Origin: an archaeon
GTDB taxonomy: Archaea > Iainarchaeota > Iainarchaeia > Iainarchaeales > 1-14-0-10-31-34
Length of the DNA: 14,282 nucleotides
NCBI GenBank assembly: GCA_043819075.1
Contig: JBDRFE010000020.1
Location: 1 to 14,282, forward strand
Reading direction: 5' to 3'
Positions 1 to 7,079 of this stretch are shown here, in pieces (position 1 is the first letter of the stretch; the number at the start of each line of letters is the position of its first letter). A program made the position numbers and the translations under genes. The notes beneath the pieces were generated by a model. It saw only the letters and a list, made by a program, of their open reading frames with translations, was not told where the DNA came from and made no database searches.

Positions 1-131
1 ATTCTTGTCTGGATTATTCCTTCAAGCAATCCAAGGCTTTCTTCTTTGGATATTTTTTTAACTTCTTTAATGCTTTTCCCTGAAATTTTTTCTGTTTTGT
101 TTAATATAATAAGCGTCACAGAGGATGTCAT
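1..131 (-). CDS. Possible 5' part of a hypothetical protein running off the window edge (MTSSVTLIILNKTEKISGKSIKEVKKISKEESLGLLEGIIQTR...)
   Basis: ATG at 131-129 opens a frame with no stop to position 1. It is divergent from the ABC-F gene. No recognisable motif. Confidence 0.4.
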   Translation of the reverse strand, partial: MTSSVTLIILNKTEKISGKSIKEVKKISKEESLGLLEGIIQTR

Positions 132-209
132 AAAAATATCCCATAATTTTTTAATAAAACCAAATCACTTTTTCATGTTTTAAATGATTTGCATAAATAA
201 TAATTTAAT

Positions 210-1784
210 ATGTCTCTTTCAATAAAAAACATTTCGATTTCCATTGGCAAAAAAGAAATACTACTTGACGAAAGTGTGGGAATTGCAGACGGTTCTAAAG
301 TCGGACTCATTGGCAGAAACGGCGCGGGAAAAACAACGTTTCTCAAAGCAATTTTGGGTCAAATAGATTACACTGGCGAGATTAAATTTACCGGCAAAGC
401 CGCCTATTTTTCACAACACATTGATTTGGATCCACACAAAACTGTGCGCCAAATCATTGAAAAAAGTGCTACAATACATCATCAAAACCAGTTTGAAAAA
501 GAATTACAGGCAATCGAAAAAAAACTTTCAGACCCAGCAATTTATCAAAACAATAAAATACACGTAAGCAAATTATCAGATCGCTACGTGGAATTGCAGT
601 CAAAAATAATTCAACAGCAAACACCCCGTTCAACAAAAATTAAATCAATTTTGCGAACCTTTGAAGTCGAAGAATCCTGGCTTGACCAGCCAATTGAATT
701 ACTTTCCACTGGACAGCGTGCAATTATTGCCATTGTCCAGATTTTATCTTCTGATGCAGATTTATTACTGCTTGACGAACCAACAAATCACCTGGATTTT
801 AAGCGGCTTGAAATTTTAGAAAACTATGTCCGCAAATTTAAAGGAACCATAATAGTAGTCACACACGACAGGTATTTTTTGGACCGCGTATGTGACACAA
901 TAATAAAAATAGAAAAAGGAAAATGGATCAAATACAACAGCAATTATTCAGGATACCTAAAAACCCGTGAAGCTACATTTGAAGCTCAAAAAACAGCTTA
1001 CAACCTTGAAAACAAATACCTTGCAATTGAAAAAGACAAGATTGCGCGCATTGGAAAAAGCCCCCAAAAAGTCAAACAAGGGCAGTACCGTGAAAAATTA
1101 CTTGAAAAACGTGAGATCATTGAAAAACCCGATATGGATCAATCAAAATTCACAACACACTTTGATGCCTCACCAATTCATGAAGGCGTGATTTTAGAAC
1201 TAAAAGACTTAACTGTTGGATACGAAAAACCATTAATTTCTAATATCAACCTAAACATAGGTTCAGAACAGCGAATAATTTTAATCGGAGAAAACGGAAT
1301 GGGTAAAAGCACTTTATTCAAAACTATTGAAGGGCGTATTCCATCCATTTCAGGAAAAGTAATTTTAGATCCACAAGTAAAACTCGGTTACGTAGACCAA
1401 GAACTAAATGACTTAACAACCAACGCCACAGTATATGATGAAATATATTTTTTGCTAAAAGATTTAGCTAAAACGCGCCAGCACTTGACCATGATGGGGT
1501 TTATTGAAAACGACGAAGTGTTCAAACCAATTTCTAAATTATCTATGGGAGAAAAATCCAGGCTTACGCTGCTTAAAATTCTTATTGACAAACCAAACTT
1601 TTTATTGCTTGACGAGCCAACAAACCATTTGGACATTGATGCACGCGAAATAATTGAAAAAGCGTTTCTAAATTATGACGGCGCAATTTTAGCAGTTTCA
1701 CACGACCGTTATTTCATTAAAAAAATTGCACAGCGTGTGCTAAAAGTAAGTGATGAAACACTCAAAGAAGTTTCTGTGAACTAA
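210..1784 (+). CDS. ABC-F family ATP-binding protein (ribosome-associated, EttA/YheS/Uup-like)
   Basis: Two ABC domains (GRNGAGKT, LSTGQ, LLLLDEPTNHLD, VTHDRYFL; GENGMGKS, LSMGE, LLLDEPTNHLD, VSHDRYFI) joined by a helical linker, with no TM segments. TTTAAA at 179-184. Confidence 0.93.
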   Translation: MSLSIKNISISIGKKEILLDESVGIADGSKVGLIGRNGAGKTTFLKAILGQIDYTGEIKFTGKAAYFSQHIDLDPHKTVRQIIEKSATIHHQNQFEKELQAIEKKLSDPAIYQNNKIHVSKLSDRYVELQSKIIQQQTPRSTKIKSILRTFEVEESWLDQPIELLSTGQRAIIAIVQILSSDADLLLLDEPTNHLDFKRLEILENYVRKFKGTIIVVTHDRYFLDRVCDTIIKIEKGKWIKYNSNYSGYLKTREATFEAQKTAYNLENKYLAIEKDKIARIGKSPQKVKQGQYREKLLEKREIIEKPDMDQSKFTTHFDASPIHEGVILELKDLTVGYEKPLISNINLNIGSEQRIILIGENGMGKSTLFKTIEGRIPSISGKVILDPQVKLGYVDQELNDLTTNATVYDEIYFLLKDLAKTRQHLTMMGFIENDEVFKPISKLSMGEKSRLTLLKILIDKPNFLLLDEPTNHLDIDAREIIEKAFLNYDGAILAVSHDRYFIKKIAQRVLKVSDETLKEVSVN

Positions 1785-1798
1785 AACAAAAACAGGCA

Positions 1799-1804
1799 TT
1801 TAAA
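1799..1804 (+). promoter_or_regulatory. TATA box for the C/D box sRNA
   Basis: TTTAAA about 26 nt upstream of the sRNA 5' stem at 1830, the usual archaeal spacing. Confidence 0.55.
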
Positions 1805-1829
1805 TCGTTTATCTTCTATGTTGTCTAAC

Positions 1830-1899
1830 AGGCAATGATGAGGTTAACACCGGCTGATTCCTGAAAAGGAAAATGAAGATTTAACTCAACACTGAGCCT
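1830..1899 (+). ncRNA. Archaeal box C/D 2'-O-methylation guide sRNA (double guide)
   Basis: Terminal stem AGGC(1830-1833)/GCCT(1896-1899); box C ATGATGA 1835-1841; 12-nt guide 1842-1853; box D' CTGA 1854-1857; TTCCT-GAAA-AGGAA hairpin 1858-1871; box C' ATGAAGA 1873-1879; 12-nt guide 1880-1891; box D CTGA 1892-1895. Confidence 0.92.
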
Positions 1900-2010
1900 A
1901 AACCTTTTTTTGAAAAAAAGGTTTAACAAAAAAGCAAACTTTTTTGCAAAAAGTTTGAACAAAAACAAATTTTAATAAAAGTTTGATCAAAAACTTAAAG
2001 GTTCAACAAA
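1899..2010. repeat. Tandem degenerate palindromic AT-rich repeats
   Basis: TAAACC-T7-G-A7-GGTTTA (1899-1925), CAAACTTTTT-TGC-AAAAAGTTTG (1935-1957) and an imperfect third palindrome (1966-1985). Each is followed by a short ..CAAAAA tail. A fourth partial unit lies near 1997-2010. Confidence 0.6.
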
Positions 2011-2031
2011 AGTACGGCATAAAGCCGTACT
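2011..2031 (-). terminator. GC-rich hairpin between convergent transcription units
   Basis: AGTACGGC-ATAAA-GCCGTACT perfect 8-bp stem, 10 nt past the stop of 2042..2362 and followed by TTTG on the minus strand. Confidence 0.5.
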
Positions 2032-2041
2032 GAAAAAAGCT

Positions 2042-2362
2042 TTACCAAAAAAACATAAAACCTGTTGCCGCAGAAATAAAATTCATTGAAAAAGAAACAA
2101 TAAACGAATTTTTCAAAGACTGTTTAAGCAAAAATCTAATTAAAAAAGCTTCAATTACTGCAATTGAAAATTCAAAGAAAAAAAACGCTATTAAATAGTA
2201 ATCAAAAAAAAATGGAAGCAGAATCCACAACAAAGGCAAAGTAAGGGAATTAATTAAAATCAGGAAAAAAACTTTTTCTTTCAAAGGTTTTTTAATTAAA
2301 AAATAAAAAGGAAAAAATTCAATCAAATTAGTTAAAAAAAAAGCAAGAAAAAAAGGATTCAT
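2042..2362 (-). CDS. Small polytopic membrane protein (about 4 TM), hypothetical
   Basis: Very hydrophobic, with intramembrane polar residues (TNLIE, INSLT, E..IAVIE, MNFIS). Overlaps the upstream gene by ATGA (2359-2362). Confidence 0.75.
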   Translation of the reverse strand: MNPFFLAFFLTNLIEFFPFYFLIKKPLKEKVFFLILINSLTLPLLWILLPFFFDYYLIAFFFFEFSIAVIEAFLIRFLLKQSLKNSFIVSFSMNFISAATGFMFFW

Positions 2363-2868
2363 TTTTTCCCTTGTTTTTTCAAGAACTTAACTACAAAAAA
2401 CAATACAACAATAATAATCCCCACAAAAATTAATGGAGGAATTAAGGAAAAAAAATCAAATCTTATGTCATCAGGATTGTTGCTTATCGCTTCTAAAACC
2501 ATTGTTTTTTGTGTTTCATCAAAAGATTTTACTTCAAAAACTGTTTCTCCAGAAGAAAGATTAATTCCTTGAGATACGATACTTTGAGAAGAAACTTGCT
2601 CAAATTCTGATTCAAGAATAATTGAATCTGATGCAAGCTCTAATGGAACTGCATAAACTTTAATATTAGTGTTTAATTTGTAAACAAACTGATTAGATTC
2701 AACTAAAGTTAATTTTTCTGGCCAAATGTTTCCTGCATAATAAAATTTGTATGCAGGATATTCACCTGCATTTCCAATTGAAAAAGAATAATCAGGGCTT
2801 GGCCCAATATCAGCTAAAACTAAAGGAAACAAGAATAAAAGCAATGTAAACAAAATGAAATAACGCAT
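2359..2868 (-). CDS. Secreted protein with signal peptide and C-terminal membrane anchor, hypothetical
   Basis: N-terminal MRYFILFTLLLFLFPLVLA|DIGPSP; C-terminal TM helix followed by a basic tail KFLKKQGKK; TTTAAA at 2890-2895. Confidence 0.8.
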   Translation of the reverse strand: MRYFILFTLLLFLFPLVLADIGPSPDYSFSIGNAGEYPAYKFYYAGNIWPEKLTLVESNQFVYKLNTNIKVYAVPLELASDSIILESEFEQVSSQSIVSQGINLSSGETVFEVKSFDETQKTMVLEAISNNPDDIRFDFFSLIPPLIFVGIIIVVLFFVVKFLKKQGKK

Positions 2869-3050
2869 AACAGTATGAACACTCTTTTGTTTAAATATTT
2901 TACTATAATGAAAGGCAAATCACTTTTTTTGTTTCAGAATGTTTCTTCTTTGAATTTGCTTCTTCTGAAAAATTGGGTTGTTAAAAAAGATATCATTACC
3001 TACAACACTCAATGGTTTTAATGAGGCTAACGCCTGCTTAGAAACAAAAA

Positions 3051-3611
3051 CTAGTCTTCTCTTATTCTGCTGTTTTCAGGCCCGGTTATTCCGAAATATT
3101 TTGCGCCTTTTTTCTTTGAATAAGGTGTTTCACTTGGAGAAGACAGTACATCTAAAGTGAATCTTGCAATTTTTATGCCTGGCCTGATAATAATCGGAAT
3201 AGTTGAAATATTGCTTATCTCTAAAGTTGGGTTTCCTTCAAAGCCCGGGTCAAAAGCAGAAGCAGTTGAATGCACAATCAATCCAATCCTTCCAAGACTG
3301 CTTCTTCCATCCAATCTTCCAGCCAGATGAGACGGGATTTTAATGAATTCTTTTGTTGTTGCAAGAACCAGTTCTCCTGGATGCACAACAAATTTTTCTC
3401 CGTCAGGGATTTCAATTAACTGGGTTAAATTATCCGGAACACCGTCTTTGACATCAATATGGGTTATTTCTGAGTTCTTGAATATCCTGAACTGGTTGCC
3501 TAAATGAAAGTCAACTGACGCACAAGAAATATCGTTTAAGTTTATTCCTTTTATTTCCAGTTCCTTGTTTTTAATCGCTTTTTTTATGTCTCTGTCAGAC
3601 AAAATAGTCAT
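3051..3611 (-). CDS. dcd: dCTP deaminase
   Basis: ILSDRDI N-terminus, ASVDFHLG, GRSSLGRIGL..H.TA..FDPGFEG..TLE motifs, PYS..KY.G tail. Confidence 0.93.
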   Translation of the reverse strand: MTILSDRDIKKAIKNKELEIKGINLNDISCASVDFHLGNQFRIFKNSEITHIDVKDGVPDNLTQLIEIPDGEKFVVHPGELVLATTKEFIKIPSHLAGRLDGRSSLGRIGLIVHSTASAFDPGFEGNPTLEISNISTIPIIIRPGIKIARFTLDVLSSPSETPYSKKKGAKYFGITGPENSRIRED

Positions 3612-3672
3612 AGAAGGAACTTATTTGGAAGCTTTTAAATCCTTTTTGGGTTTTTGTTTTTATTGCATTAAA

Positions 3673-4392
3673 ATGGAATTCAAGTCAAAAATTCTTGGAA
3701 TAGAAAAATGTGCTGATGAAAAAAACTGTTTTCAGATAATGAAATTTGAAAAACCAAAAGATTTTTCTTTTAAGCCAGGGCAGTTCCTAATGATTTCAGC
3801 GGATGATTTCAAATTAAGAGGCAACCCAATGCAATTAAAATGGAGTTCTTTTTCCATTGCAAGCTCTCCTTTTCAGGAGCACCTTGAGTTATGCATTAGG
3901 CTTTTAGACACTGATGGCTTAACAAACCATTTAGGAAAAAAATCCCGGGGAGAAAAAGTAAACTTCAAAGGCCCTTTTGGAAACTTTTTCTTAAACAATG
4001 AATTCAAGGAAATTGCTTTTGTTGCTTTAGGAACAGGAATTGCTCCATTGATTTCAATGATTCGCTCTTTACTGCATCAAAATGATTCAAGGCCTATTAC
4101 CCTGTTTTATGGTTTTAGGAACAGGTGCTGTTTTTTGTATCAAAAGGAATTAACTGACTTGCAGGAAAAACACAAAAACTTTAAATTGAATTTTATTGCA
4201 AGCGACCCTGAACAAGGCTGGAATGCACCAAAAGGCTTTGTCCAGGACTTAATTGAAAAAGCAGTTTTTTCTGTTCCAAAAACCGAAGTTGATTTCTATT
4301 TGTGCGGCCTTCCAAAAATTCTTGACTCAATCAAAGAATTTTTACTAGAAAAAGGCTTTAGCGAAGACAAAATCTTTTATGAAAAATGGTGA
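3673..4392 (+). CDS. Ferredoxin-NADP reductase-like FAD/NAD(P)-binding oxidoreductase
   Basis: FKPGQF, SFSIASSP, KGPFGNF, GTGIAPLISM, LFYGFR, FYLCG.P and terminal EKW. Start moved to ATG 3673 to avoid overlapping dcd. Confidence 0.88.
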   Translation: MEFKSKILGIEKCADEKNCFQIMKFEKPKDFSFKPGQFLMISADDFKLRGNPMQLKWSSFSIASSPFQEHLELCIRLLDTDGLTNHLGKKSRGEKVNFKGPFGNFFLNNEFKEIAFVALGTGIAPLISMIRSLLHQNDSRPITLFYGFRNRCCFLYQKELTDLQEKHKNFKLNFIASDPEQGWNAPKGFVQDLIEKAVFSVPKTEVDFYLCGLPKILDSIKEFLLEKGFSEDKIFYEKW

Positions 4393-4394
4393 CA

Positions 4395-4505
4395 GCCTTT
4401 TCCAAAAGGCAAGTAACGCTTTCGCGCGTTAGTGACGACGCACGGGATAAACCCGTGCTAGCACAACTGAAAGTTGTGCCTCGTTGCTCGCGAGCGAAAT
4501 CGCGA
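4395..4505. other. GC-rich multi-hairpin structured intergenic element (candidate ncRNA or REP-like DNA element)
   Basis: Five hairpins plus a closing stem that forms a three-way junction, between convergent genes in an AT-rich background (see findings). Confidence 0.65.
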
Positions 4506-4507
4506 TT

Positions 4508-4744
4508 TTAATCTTTCCATTTGTGTTCTGGATTCCTTGGAATAATAATCCAGGCAATAACATACAACAGTATTCCTGAACCCCAGACAAAAACTGATGC
4601 AACCCATAAAAGCCTTATTAACACTGGGTCAACTTTCAGGTATTCTGCTATTCCCCCGCAGACTCCGCCCAAAATTTTTTCTTTTCCAGAACGGTAAAGC
4701 CTTTTGAATTCAGGTTCTTCTTTTTTTTCTTTTTTTCCTGCCAC
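4508..4744 (-). CDS. PspC domain-containing membrane protein
   Basis: KRLYRS..EKILGGVCGGIAEYL.VDP.LIRL...TM...LYVIAWIIIP is the PspC signature. GTG at 4744 behind GGGGA is chosen as start because the 4810 start overlaps tdh. Confidence 0.88.
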   Translation of the reverse strand: MAGKKEKKEEPEFKRLYRSGKEKILGGVCGGIAEYLKVDPVLIRLLWVASVFVWGSGILLYVIAWIIIPRNPEHKWKD

Positions 4745-4782
4745 GAATTCTTTCCCCTTTTCTTTTTCTTTTATTCCTGTGC

Positions 4783-5805
4783 CTAAGGGATTAAAACTAT
4801 TTTCCCGCATTTCCCTGTCTTGATTAACTCAAATGCTTTCTCAAATTCTTCTAACTTGAATTTATGCGTTATTATTTTGCTTAAATCAAAGCCTTTTTTT
4901 TGGACTTCAGCAACTTTTTCCCATGACTCAAACAATTTTCTTCCGTTAATTCCTTTGATATTAGCTGACTTGAATACAATGGAATTATTTATGTCGATTG
5001 AAACATCGTTTGGGAACACTCCGAGAATTGCAACATTTCCTCCGCCTCTTAATGATTCAAATCCTGCTTTCAATGAAGCTTCGTGCCCAGAAATTTCAAG
5101 AAAAACGTCTACCCCTCTTGTTGTTTCTTTTAAAAGCACTTCAACCGGATTCTCTTTTTTTGCGTTAATTATTTTTGTTGCGCCAAGTTTTTCAGCCATT
5201 TCCAGCCTAAAAGGATTAACGTCTACTGCAAAAATTTTTTTTGCTCCAATCATTTTGCATAACATTATTGCGCATAATCCAATCGGCCCGCAGCCGAAAA
5301 CTGAAACAGTTTTATCTTTTATTTCCTGTGAAAAAACAGTGTGCACTGCATTGCCTAACGGCTCCTGTGCTGTTGCAATTTCGTGCGGGATTTTTTTGTC
5401 GTTTTTTATTGCATTTTTTTCTGGTATTGCAATATATTCTGCAAAACTACCGTTAGTGTCAACTCCAAGTATTTTCAGGTTTTCGCATATGTGGGCGTTT
5501 CCAATCCTGCATTGAAAGCAGGTAAAATCAGCCAAGTGTGTTTCACCTGAAACATGGTCTCCTATTTCAATGCTTTCAACTAATTCACCTTTTTCAATTA
5601 CTTCTCCTGAAAACTCGTGGCCGAAAATCATCGGAGTCTTGATTCTTGTTTCAGCCCAGTGGTCCCATTCAAAAATATGGACATCTGTTCCGCAGATACT
5701 GCATGCCTTGATTTTAACCAACACATCTTTTGGGCCTATCTGAGGAATATCAGTTTCTTTTAGTTCAGCGCCTTTTTTTGGCTCTGACTTGAATAAAGCC
5801 TTCAT
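4783..5805 (-). CDS. tdh: L-threonine 3-dehydrogenase (Zn-dependent MDR family)
   Basis: SICGTDVHIFEWD.WA, GHEFSG, GETH, QEPLGNAVHT, GCGPIG, GINGR, GKCGKIVL; adjacent to kbl. Start MKAL at 5805 (5817 also possible). Confidence 0.93.
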   Translation of the reverse strand: MKALFKSEPKKGAELKETDIPQIGPKDVLVKIKACSICGTDVHIFEWDHWAETRIKTPMIFGHEFSGEVIEKGELVESIEIGDHVSGETHLADFTCFQCRIGNAHICENLKILGVDTNGSFAEYIAIPEKNAIKNDKKIPHEIATAQEPLGNAVHTVFSQEIKDKTVSVFGCGPIGLCAIMLCKMIGAKKIFAVDVNPFRLEMAEKLGATKIINAKKENPVEVLLKETTRGVDVFLEISGHEASLKAGFESLRGGGNVAILGVFPNDVSIDINNSIVFKSANIKGINGRKLFESWEKVAEVQKKGFDLSKIITHKFKLEEFEKAFELIKTGKCGKIVLIP

Positions 5806-5903
5806 TTTTCCTTCCATAAAATTCACTAGAAATTATTATTAACAATTTTCTTTTTAATAACTATTAATGTTTTTATCTTTATTATGCTTTTGTTAGTGGT
5901 TAA

Positions 5904-7079
5904 ATGAGTGCATCAGATTATTTTAAAAAAGAAGTTGATGAATTAAAGTCAAAAAACCTTGACTGGAAAATCCGTGTTTTGCAGGGAAAATCTGTTCCTC
6001 ACACAAGAATTGACGGAAAAGAAATGCTGATGCTGTGCTCAAACAATTACTTGAATTTAAGCTCTCATCCAAAACTTGTTGAAGCAGCAGTTAATGCAGC
6101 AAAATCTTTTGGTGCAGGAAGCGGTTCTGTGAGAGCAATTGCTGGAACAATGGAATTGCATGTAAAACTGGAAAAAAAAATTTCTGAATTCAAGGAAACA
6201 GAAGATTCTTTGTATTACCAGACTGGTTTTGCCGCTAATGCTGGCTTAATCCCTGCTTTGGCTGGAAAAAATGATTTGATTGTTTCAGATGAATTAAATC
6301 ACGGTAGCATTATTGACGGGGTAAGGCTTTCTAAAGCAGAAAAAAAAGTTTTTTCTCACAGGAATTACGATGAACTAAAAAAAATTTTAGAGGAATCAGA
6401 AAAAAATTTCAATAAAATTCTTGTTGTTTCTGACGGAGTATTCAGCATGGACGGAGACATAGCTGAATTAGATAAAATATCTGGGTTATGCAGAAAACAC
6501 AATGCTTTAAGCTATGTTGATGACGCCCACGGAGACGGTGTACTTGGAAAAGGAAAAGGAATAGTCCATCATTTTAATTTAAAAGGAAAAGTTGACGTTG
6601 AAATGGGCACTTTCAGCAAAGCCTTTGGTGTTGTCGGCGGCTATGTCTGTGGTTCAACTGACTTAAAAGAATTTGCCTTGAATAAAAGCCGTACCTGGCT
6701 TCTTTCTGGGAGCGCGCCTCCAGCAACTGTTGGGGCATGCATTGCCTCACTTGAAGTTGTTCAAAGTGAACCCCAGCATGTAAAAAAGCTCTGGGAAAAC
6801 ACTTTTTACTGGAAAAAACAGCTGAAAAACGCAGGATTTGACACTGGAATAAGCGAGACGCCAATTACTCCTGTAATGTTAGGGGAAAGCAGTACTGCAA
6901 GAAAGTTTTCTGAAAAACTATTGGGTAAAGGAATTTTTGCTTTGCCGATTGTTTTTCCAATGGTTGCAGAAGGCAAAGCAAGAATCAGGTCAATGATGAA
7001 CTCTGGCTTAACCAAAGAAGACCTTGATTTTGCCTTGGAAAAGTTTTCTGAAACAGGCAAAGAACTAAAATTAATCTGA
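5904..7079 (+). CDS. kbl: Glycine C-acetyltransferase (2-amino-3-ketobutyrate CoA ligase), PLP-dependent alpha-oxoamine synthase family
   Basis: CSNNYLNL, GSVRAIAGT, SDELNHGSIIDG, DGVFSMDGD, VDDAHG, GTFSKAFG (PLP lysine), ARIR. The neighbouring tdh favours Kbl over BioF. Confidence 0.88.
   Translation: MSASDYFKKEVDELKSKNLDWKIRVLQGKSVPHTRIDGKEMLMLCSNNYLNLSSHPKLVEAAVNAAKSFGAGSGSVRAIAGTMELHVKLEKKISEFKETEDSLYYQTGFAANAGLIPALAGKNDLIVSDELNHGSIIDGVRLSKAEKKVFSHRNYDELKKILEESEKNFNKILVVSDGVFSMDGDIAELDKISGLCRKHNALSYVDDAHGDGVLGKGKGIVHHFNLKGKVDVEMGTFSKAFGVVGGYVCGSTDLKEFALNKSRTWLLSGSAPPATVGACIASLEVVQSEPQHVKKLWENTFYWKKQLKNAGFDTGISETPITPVMLGESSTARKFSEKLLGKGIFALPIVFPMVAEGKARIRSMMNSGLTKEDLDFALEKFSETGKELKLI

Noticed and set aside
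1899..2010. CRISPR array
   Set aside because: Units are degenerate and AT-rich, spaced only 20-32 nt apart with no unique spacers, and there are no cas genes.
2920..3160. 60-aa ORF 2978..3160 or a riboswitch in the dcd downstream spacer
   Set aside because: The ORF overlaps the dcd 3' end antisense. The spacer shows only weak imperfect pairing and no riboswitch consensus I can support.
3565..3672. N-terminal extension of the oxidoreductase in the ORF track
   Set aside because: It overlaps the dcd start on the opposite strand, and family similarity begins at Met 3673.
4395..4505. tRNA, hammerhead ribozyme or SRP RNA
   Set aside because: No T-loop/D-loop consensus or cloverleaf spacing, no CUGANGA core with a correctly placed GAAA, and no SRP helix-8 motif recognised.
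4820..5515. 231-aa plus-strand ORF (and similar antisense or alternate-frame ORFs at 967, 1388, 5241, 6613, 6806, 7193, 7497, 8099, 8532, 9230, 10445, 10949, 11558, 12526, 12542, 13060, 13451, 13732)
   Set aside because: They are shadows of well-supported genes on the opposite strand or in another frame, with no motifs of their own.
5904..7079. 8-amino-7-oxononanoate synthase (bioF)
   Set aside because: Same family, but adjacency to tdh, the SVR.I.GT motif and the lack of biotin genes favour kbl.
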